Shown: piece after piece, positions 1-64,000 of the stretch
How positions within the stretch are numbered: position 1 is the stretch's first letter
How the letters are laid out: each line of letters opens with the position of its first letter
The notes under the pieces: generated by a model
Database searches by the model: none
What the model saw: the letters and a program-made list of their open reading frames with translations, nothing else
What the model was told of the DNA's origin: nothing
Assembly: GCF_006345805.1 (NCBI RefSeq)
Contig: NC_042997.1
Location: forward strand, 68,820,001 to 68,884,000
DNA from: Octopus sinensis
Lineage: Eukaryota
Direction of reading: 5' to 3'
Length of the DNA stretch: 64,000 nt
Translations under genes and position numbers: made by a program

Positions 1-420
1 CAACAATTATTGGAGCTATAACAGAGTTACTGCGAAGGATATAACTTTTGCAGCGTACTGCAAAAGGCATGAAGAAACTTTTAAGGAAGATTACAAAACA
101 TGATCGGACGAAGAAAAAGTAAGATCATTATTATGTAAATTAGCTTCGTCCGAATGATGAATTTATTACGTATGCAGGAATGATGACTTTATTACGTATG
201 CAGGAATGATGACTTTATTACGTATGCAGGAACAGTTTTAAACTCAAAATACTTACTCCTGAGATGTTTAAGTGCCTCAATTTTGTACAAGGTCTTACAA
301 CAGATGAAGTTACAGAAATACGGACAAGAATTCTTTTGAAACTTGAACAAGGGAACCAAGATTTAATCCTGCAGACTGTTGCAGAAGATGGTGAACCTGA
401 AACACGACGTAAGTAAAATT
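1..420 (+). mobile_element. Decayed Gypsy/Ty3 gag-like fragment, cut off by the window edge
   Basis: Broken frames TFAAYCKRHEETFK..SDEEKVRSLLCKL and LTPEMFKCLNFVQGL..EIRTRILLKLEQ; the first resembles the gag relic at 49850-50060. Confidence 0.6.
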
Positions 421-1098
421 GAAGAAAAGGAATTCGTATGGATAAAGTGTTGTTGAAAGTGAACGGGAATAAAAAATGAAAGAAAAAATTCAAATTTAAA
501 CAATTCTCTAACGGAATATTCGATGTGGAATGATTGAGAGTTCCTGGCAGTTCTAGTCCGCTCGCTGATTCAGTATATGTCTGAACTGTTTTCTACTACT
601 TGCGCCTCTTCTCTCTCATTCTCTGTCGTAGCCAATGCAGCGGAGACGGACGAGTTTTCCTTGGTTCAATCTTATGTGAATTACGGTATTTGAAAACAAA
701 GTGTATCAAGAGACACAGCTAAACATTAAAAATTCTAAAGCTTAAAATAGTTAAATAAATATTCTTACAGTTCTTCCATCATTTGTTGCTTATTTTCGAA
801 TAAACACAAGTACAGAAAGAAACTATCTATACATACTCGCAGCAATAAAGACATGAGATAAATTTGTAACATGGTGTAGAATATTGTAGACAAGTGATTT
901 AGTAACATATTGAAGATTAGGTAATTTATCTAATTTGCTATTTAACATACATACATACATATGTGTGTGTGTATGCCACTCATGTATTGATTACATGTGT
1001 AATTACATATAAATATGTGTATTACGTGCGAAAAAATGCGCACCTCATCTTCAGGCCCTCGAATTGGTTAGGTGACAAATCAATATAGATACGTATGC

Positions 1099-1230
1099 CC
1101 GCTGAGGTCGACTTTGCCTTTCATCATATCTTGGTTGATAAATTAAGTACCAGTTGCGTACTGGGGTCGATCTAATCGACTGGCTCCCTCCCCAAAAGGT
1201 TCGGGCCTTGTGCCTAGAGTAGAAAAGAAT
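1099..1230 (+). mobile_element. SINE family 1, partial copy (core + tail)
   Basis: gtcgactttgcctttcatc..gataaattaagtaccagttg..gggccttgtgcctagagtagaaaagaat, recurring throughout the window. Confidence 0.8.
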
Positions 1231-2379
1231 ATAGATTTGTATGCACCACCACCACCATTACCATCATAATCATGATCATTATCATGAAAACCATCATCAT
1301 CATCATCATTAAAATGTACGCTTTTCTCTATTTAGAATCACACGCATATATGTATTGGATATATGTATGTACATGTGTATGTATATATGCATGTGAGTAA
1401 ATAATCTTTTTGTATAACATTTATTGAAACAAGACAGTGCAATTTGAGATACAAGTAAAATCAAAAGTGGATCTAGGTCTGAAAATCAACTTGGTGTGCA
1501 ATCCCTTCTAGTGAAATTTCTTTGAAATTATTTCTTCTGTGCACAAACCATGTAAGGGTGTAGAACTGAAGTGGGAAGAAGAGAGCGTTGTATTTGACTA
1601 ATATACCATGAGCGTTTTCCATATACGGTGCCCATATAAATCAGAAGAACTTGTGGCAGGACTAACAATTTCTTTCCCTTCCATTGGCTTCCGTTATTCA
1701 TGATAGCGGACACGTACTAGAACAGTTTTATTATATGATTTGTGCTTTGTTCATTTATCACCAACCCTATAAAATTTAATATTCCTCTATACTATAGATA
1801 CAAAACGTGAAATGTTAGTTAGGGGGACGGGAATATAGCCAATTACCTGTCACATAGTATTCAACTGGTTCTTATTTCATTGATCCCAAAGGAAAGAAAG
1901 GCGAAGTGGACTTCGGTGAAATTTGTACTTAGAAAGTAAAGACGGACGAAAATTCGACAAGTGCTTAGTCTGGCGTGCTAATTAATCTACCAGCACGCCA
2001 CATTAATCAAGGTTAATAGTACCATGATGATTGCATTTCACAGAAATACTGATTCATTTGGTATCTGCACTCCAACCCATACTTAATATAAAGTACAATA
2101 CCTACGAAGATCAGTGAGGAATTTTCTGAAGCAAATTTTTGTTTGGAGAATCCTGGAATATACGACATCTGTTTCTTTTAGAAAATTCAATCTTGTATTT
2201 AATTGGGACGACGAAAAGTAGAAATGATACTGAAGGATTTGTATTCACAACATAAAAAGCCGAGTGAAAATATCACAAAGCAAGTTCTACGAAGTTATAA
2301 CGATTTGGCCAATGTTAGAAAGGGGATATATATTGGTTTCAAATTTTGGCACTGGTCCAGCAAGTTTATTACAGGTATA

Positions 2380-2757
2380 AACCAATTATACTGCCCCACC
2401 CCGTGTTCAAATGGTCTTAATTTATTGACTCCGAAAGGGTGAAAGGCCAAGTCAACCTCAGCGGGATTTGAACTCAAAACGTAAGTAGTTTGTACGACGT
2501 GCTAACGATTCTGCCTTTTCGCTGCCTTAAAAATAGATAAATTATTATTTCAAATTTTGGCTCAAAACCAGCAACTTCGGTGGAAAGTCGATTGCATCGA
2601 CCAATGATCTCAACTGGTACTTAATTTATCGACCCCGAAAGGTTGAGAGGTAAAGTCGACCTCATCGGAATTTAAACTCAGGACGTAAGGGCAGACGAAA
2701 TGCCGCTGAGCATTTTACCTGACAGCAGTAAGAATTCTTGTAGCTCGCCGCCTTTAA
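2380..2757 (-). mobile_element. Two adjacent decayed SINE family 1 copies
   Basis: Reverse-complement matches to the ggcggcgagctggcagaa head and the tttcatcctttcggggtcgata core. Confidence 0.7.
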
Positions 2758-3397
2758 AATAGATACAGGTTAAACCAGTAAATTTCTCGAATGCTGGAAA
2801 AAAATTTTTGCAGCCCTAGTATTAAATTCTCTTGATTTTGAAAACTATTAAATCTGGTTTTCTTGCCTTAGCATCTATCCGCTATCTCCCAATAAGTGTT
2901 TCAATCCTAAGTGGTATACATCATAAAGGTTTCAAAAGTGAATTATTTAAACGTATAAATTTATTATATATCTTGTTGTTGCGTTTTATCTTTATTGTTT
3001 CGTATTGTCTTTTGTGTAGTTTTTGTTTAGCACTATTCGACCAAAACACCAGCAGCTGTGACAGTTGTGTCGTATTTGCAGTCCTAATGCATTTAGAACT
3101 ATATTACCCAATGAGTCTTTCTATTTCTGAAGGACAGTAGGGTCTAATTATAAAGAGACCATCTCCTATATCTAGCAAGTGAAATGACCATCAAGAGGTC
3201 ATCGTTAGAAATCCAATAGTGCAATGCATATTAATACATTATGAAAGGAATCTGTGCATATTTACAGAATAGCGAATATACAATATTGTTTATATTGATG
3301 AACCAAAAAATGGATAAAAAGTCCTTGCCGAGCCATTGGCTCTATCATACTGGTTTCCTCAGATTTTGCATAGTATATAGCTCACTGCCTGAAAATT

Positions 3398-3436
<39 letters not shown>

Positions 3437-3938
3437 GTTGAGGGGACTGGAGAAACGTGATATGAAATGTTTTGCTTAAAACGACCAACGCTTTGCTCAT
3501 TCGAGGTATCACAACACACCCTTAACATCATTCGTGCAATACCACAGTTGCTAAGACGCGTGCCTCCATACATCACCGTATATGAAAACGAATATGTATA
3601 CAAATTATGTAAATAGAAACATTGCATGTATGGATGTAGCTACCTTTGTTTGTATTATCATTCGAGAGTACGTGACAATGGTAGCTAATGAATTTACTAG
3701 TTTAAGGCTTAAATTCTCAAGATTTTAATTTCACTCAGAGCTTTACTGATTTTTGAATCATGTCGTGAACTTCATTTCCATATGTGTTACTAAATGTCTG
3801 TAGGTATTGACAAAAGAACAATTCTTCATCCTCTGTATCGGAGTAAAGTGATTGAACCCCTTTTAATTAGTTAATTGTAAACAGGCTTGTTTGCGGTAGG
3901 GTATTATTACATATTCACAATACATACAAATTGTAACA

Positions 3939-58543
<54,605 letters not shown>

Positions 58544-58964
58544 ATCCGTCGATCACTGCAAAACTCAACAAAAATTAAACATAAAAAATACAAGGATTAA
58601 TAATTGCTACTAATAAATTTTACTTCAACACAGTAGCGCACCAGCGAAATGTTAAAGTTTACTTATGTATGTATGTATGTATGTATGTATGTATGTATGT
58701 ATGTATGTATGTATGTATGTATGTATGTATGAATGTACGCATATATGTCTCTTCTGTTTTAATAATTTGAATTCTTTCTCTGAAGAAGGAGCTGGTCTCT
58801 AACAAAGATGCAAGGCTCCATCTTTGGAATGTAGAAACCAGAGAAAAGTCTTGCATCGTTTTACAGTTCCATTTCGGGACAGTATCTATAATGTGCTAAT
58901 CAGTCGTTTGATTTCTTTTTCTCAAAATCCAAGCTTATCCAGGCTGATGTTTGTATCTATCTAT

Positions 58965-59860
58965 CTGCCAAGGCCCATGGACAACTTCCAGAGATCCCTG
59001 GCCTGGCAGTGCTACCGAGAAGCGCTACCCGTTTGGGATAAGCTCTACAGACACGGCTCGTGAAACACGGGGCCGACCTGCCCGAGATGCTGTCAGAGCG
59101 ACGAAACCGTTCTGCCCGCACTCGTGCAGTGTCCAACAATTTCCTTGGGCTTATGTCGAACAACTGCTGTCACGTGTGGGACGAGTCGGTTTGTCAGCTG
59201 AGTCTATCGTCAATATTGTCACGCCTCCTTCCTTCAAACGGGAAGGAAGAGCTATTTTCATCATCCTTGTGGCTATGGCGAAATAATGTATTTGGTCGAC
59301 GCGTCTGAAAGGATTGGAGACAAACACTTTCCTCTCTGGTCAATCTCTCATCAACTTCTTCAAGTAGCACTTGAAAAAGAAAGTTTTGTCTAGCGAATGT
59401 TTTAAAAAAAGATGGGTGAATGTAGCAAAAATGTAGTATGAATGACGAGGCCACCTTGAGCATAATCCTATGAACCCAGAAATTGAAAACAGAGGGTTAC
59501 CCACTTGCAAACAAATGTGGTAACATATAACAATATTGACCAAGGTTACCGTGGTCTTTTTCGTAGGCTTTTCTTCCCACGGATAAACCTTACTTGCTTT
59601 CCCCTTTACACCATACATTATAACACTGTGATACACGATCCCTATTGATCGTTTTTTTTTCCTCTTCCCCTTTTCCCCTTTTTTATTCTTTTTTTCATTT
59701 CTCATTTCTTTTGTTCCTTTTCCTTTTCTTCTTTTTTTAATTTTTAAAATTTTTTGTTCTTTTTTTTTCCCTTTTACGATCCCTTTTGATCGAAAACCTA
59801 CGCCACCTTTTTTTTGTTTCTTTTTTTTTGTTTTTTGTTTTTCTCATCCCCCAAAAGAAA
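58965..59860 (+). mobile_element. L1/Tx1-type ORF2 3'-end relic (C-terminal Cys motif) with T-rich 3' region
   Basis: LAWQCYREALPVWDKLYRHGS*..PTCPRC..DETV..ALVQCP. Confidence 0.6.
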
Positions 59861-60054
59861 AGCTCTACCTTGTAACTTGTCCCATCTGCGTGCAGCCCTA
59901 TGTGGCCAATAAAGAAACTTATCTATCTATGCATATACATATTTCATTCCGTAGCTACCATCTCTGAGGAACGTTGGGTCATATAATCGCGCTGTTACCT
60001 AACCCTCTGTTGAAACCCTAGTGCGAAACTGATTGATATAATATAATATTCAAC

Positions 60055-60229
60055 AAAATTCAACAAAACCTGTTACTCTGAGTTTCCCGTTGCCGTTCAT
60101 CAAAAACGGGAAACTCAGAGTAACAGGTTCTGTTGAATTTTCTGCTGCTTTAAATAAAGCATATTACTCTACCACTGGTATTTGAGTACTCTTTTTTCCG
60201 CCTTGTTTCACATTTATGTCTTTACTCCG

Positions 60230-60230
<1 letters not shown>
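60055..60230. mobile_element. Probable Penelope pseudo-LTR fragment with a 37-bp inverted arm
   Basis: 60055-60091 pairs with 60105-60141 (1 mismatch); AATAAA and (TA)n follow. Confidence 0.55.
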
Positions 60231-60594
<364 letters not shown>

Positions 60595-60934
60595 CAAAGG
60601 AATTCCAACTCTGTTTTTTATGTTTTATTTATATTCTTTATAATATTAATGTAGAATATAGAATATATAGTATGAATAGTATATATAGTAAAATGAAATG
60701 AAGTATTGATTGTCTTATTGAATAGTTGAAATATTGAATATCAAATATTAAGGGACTAGTATACTTTCAAGGTCCCAGGTTGTGACAGGAGTGGTTGACT
60801 GGCTGTCTTTTGTCCCTAATATATGCTCCTGTGGACAGCAGTAGTAGTTGCTTAGCTATTTTTAGAGATGACGTCAAATCATTTTTCAATGTTTATTTTT
60901 AGAAATGCTGACAGCAGTACTTTTTAGAGATTTT

Positions 60935-61283
60935 TTATTTTTGTTTTAAACCCCAAATACGTTTGTTAAACTTGGGTTTGAATTTCTTAATTAAGTCCTT
61001 TTCCCTCAGTTTTCTCTCAATTTCATTCAGGTTGTAAAGTTTATGAAATGGGAATATCATAAAAGTTTTCCGACCACATATTCCCAGATGGTTACTCAGT
61101 GGGTTTTGGCGGACTTCTATGTTTTTAATTTGTTGTCGATGCACACGCGAGCGTTCTGATAGTGCATTACCTGTCTGGCCAACATACAGTTCTTTACAAT
61201 TTGGGCATTTGATGCAGTAGATTAAATTTCTGCTTTTGCAGTTCATGTTCGCGTTTGTGAATATTTTCCCTGTTTTTGTGTCC

Positions 61284-61285
<2 letters not shown>
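60935..61285 (-). mobile_element. Penelope-like GIY-YIG endonuclease 3' fragment
   Basis: CKSRNLIYCIKCPNCKELYVGQTG..L.ER...HR..I....PLS.H..RE..LI..FKP.FN. Confidence 0.85.
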
Positions 61286-61365
<80 letters not shown>

Positions 61366-61790
61366 TATATATATATATATATAATAGATGTATAATATTT
61401 CACACTTCGATTAACTTACATATATACGTGAGTGTGTGTGTATTTGATTGTGTATATATTTTTATCTACACACACGCGCTCGAGCACGCACACACACTCA
61501 CGCACATATATGTTGTGCGAAAGTAAGATGCCCGCTGGCGAGAATGGACTGAACCACTACGTAAAAATCGCAGCAGTCAGAGTAAGTGAGATAGTTCGTT
61601 CTAGTTCCACAGTTCGTGTGCTGATAGTTCAAAGTTGGAGTTGAAAGTTTACAGTTCGAGTTAGCGTGAATGGATTGTAGGTTCTTAAAAGATTACTGTT
61701 TCGTGTAGTTACTGCTCTTTTTGTTTTTTTATTATATTGTTATTACACTGTTGCAGTGTATTCGTTTATCCATTAGGAGATAACACACAC

Positions 61791-61904
<114 letters not shown>

Positions 61905-62138
61905 CACACACATATATGTATGTATATATGTATGTGTATTTATGTATATATTATATATATAACGGGAAGGTTTACGAAAATAAACAAAAGACGAAGGCAG
62001 GTGGAGTACAAACAACAATGTATTAGTATGGCGCTCAGGAATAGAACTAAAACAAGTCTTTTACGTTTAGAGCCTACGCTCTTCGACAGAAAGATACACA
62101 GAAAAGAAACAAGGAGAGAAAAAAATTGCGTGTAGGGA

Positions 62139-62177
<39 letters not shown>

Positions 62178-62242
62178 AATAATATCAAAATACTACGCGA
62201 GAATTCGCCCTAAATTTACAGTACCTACTTTATATTTATATA

Positions 62243-62638
62243 TATATATTTATCTTTTACTTGTTTCAGTCTTTTGACTGCAGCCATGCTGGAGCACCAC
62301 CTTTAATCGAGCAGCTCAACCCCGGGACTTATTCTGTTGTAAGCCCAGTACTTATTCTATCTGTCTCTTTTGCCGAACAGCTAAGTAACGGGGACATAAA
62401 CACACCAGCATCGGTTGTCAAGCAAGCTAGGGGGAAAACACAGACACACAAACACACACACGCATATATATACATATATACGATGGGCTTCTTTCAGTTT
62501 CCGTCTACCAAATCCACTCACAAGGCTTTGGTCGGCCCGAGGCTATAGTAGAAGACACTTGCCCAAGGTGCCACGCAGTGGGACTGAACCCGGAACCATG
62601 TGGTTGGTAAACAAGCTACTTACCACACATCCACTCCT
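62243..62638 (-). mobile_element. SINE family 2, near-complete copy
   Basis: rc head ggagtggatgtgtggtaagtagcttg..ggttccgggttcagtccc, ggcaagtgtcttc block, internal (CA)n. Confidence 0.85.
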
Positions 62639-62639
62639 G

Positions 62640-62723
<84 letters not shown>

Positions 62724-62889
62724 TATATAATATATATATATATAATATATATATATATTTGAGTAGTTGAATGAATCATCTTATTAAGGATAATTCGAAT
62801 TAACCGAAACCTGGGTAGCAAATTCACATCAGAAACATATGTCGAAAATAAAAGAATTTTGTTAATTCGTCGTTCAGCTCCATTCTTTC

Positions 62890-62942
<53 letters not shown>

Positions 62943-62967
62943 TATATTATATATATATATATATATA

Positions 62968-63868
62968 TAGCAGTATCACCCGGCGTTGTTCGGGTTTGTA
63001 AGGTAAATAACTATATAAGCATTTTTAGAGAGTTATAGCCAAAAGATAGCAAAAATATGCATTAAAATGGAAAAAAATTATGGTACATTTAAAAAAAATT
63101 GTTGACTCATCGTAGACATTTTTAGAGAGTTACTTCCCTTATATAGTAGCGAAAAAATGCATTAAAATGGAAAAAAATGATGGTAAATTATTTTAAAAAT
63201 CGTAGACTCATCGTAGACGCGCGCTAATACCCAGACGGGCTCGATATGAATCACGACTATAAGATACCCGGTTTTTGTTAAACTGTACAGCAAAATGTGG
63301 GAGTAGTTAGGAATCTAAATCGTAAGAGACAGACACACAACTTGACTTTTATATATAAAGACTAGCAGTATCGCCCGGCGTTGCTCGAGTTTGTAAGGGA
63401 AATAACTATATAAGCATTTTTAGAGAGTTACTTCCCTTATAAATTCGGGCTTTCTTAGCCATTTTTGTTTTGGTGTCTTCAAGCCATGAAGTCGTTGTTC
63501 TAAAAGAACGCTGGTTTCCTTCACAACGCATTACGACGTTGATTTCTTTACACTCCCTTCCCCACAGCTTCACGAGGGAGGGAAGCGGGAGAAGCAAACA
63601 GGTGCAGCTGTGAGCGTGGACGCCAACTCCGCCGCCATCGACATACGATGCATTTTATGCATTAAAATGGAATAAAAAATTATGTTAAATTATTTTTAAA
63701 ATCGTAGACTCATCGTTGACGCGCGCTAATAGTCAGACGGGCTCGATATGAATCACGACTATACGATACCCGAATTTGGTTAAACTGCACCGCAAAATGT
63801 GGGAGGAGTTAGGAATCTAAATCGAAGGGGACAGACACTCACACAACTAGAGTTTTATATATATAGAT
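62968..63868. mobile_element. Two head-to-tail Helitron/HINE-like non-autonomous copies (62968-63360, 63361-63868)
   Basis: Each starts (ac)tagcagtatc(a/g)cccggcgttg and ends cacacaact..ttttatatata. Confidence 0.6.
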
Positions 63869-64000
63869 ATATTTGTATGTATGATAAATGAAAAATACAT
63901 TGTAAATAAACAACGACATTAAAAACGTATACGTATACGCTCCCTCCCTCTTGCCCTCTTTCTCCTCTACCTGCTGCTGACACGCGTAACGTAGCCAGCT

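Noticed and set aside
1528-1713. 61-aa ORF as an exon of a neighbouring gene
   Set aside because: No recognisable motif and no convincing splice sites

Overview
AT-rich, repeat-dense eukaryotic DNA, probably a cephalopod (Octopus-like; inferred from SINE and microsatellite content, not verified). One host gene could be reconstructed by hand: an 11-coding-exon SLC23/NCS2 nucleobase-ascorbate transporter on the minus strand (CDS 58543->3939, 1800 nt = 599 aa + stop). All ten introns are GT-AG with consistent phases, but the substrate-signature residues are non-canonical. The introns and flanks hold R4/Dong-clade (RT + restriction-like endonuclease) retrotransposon pieces embedded in (AAT)n tracts, a 5'-truncated Penelope-like element with an open 590-aa RT+GIY-YIG frame, an internally deleted Gypsy element nested in a SINE, a decayed mariner, L1/Tx1 and Helitron-like fragments and many tRNA-derived SINEs. 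The dominant feature is a ~9.7-kb array of ~180 copies of a 54-bp unit in intron 4. The unit is the first 54 bp of a ~550-bp (AAT)n-flanked dispersed element, and the array runs directly into the rest of that element. The very long ORFs in the ORF track are by-products of this array. No CRISPR array, rRNA gene or credible tRNA gene was found. All family assignments come from motif recognition without database searches.
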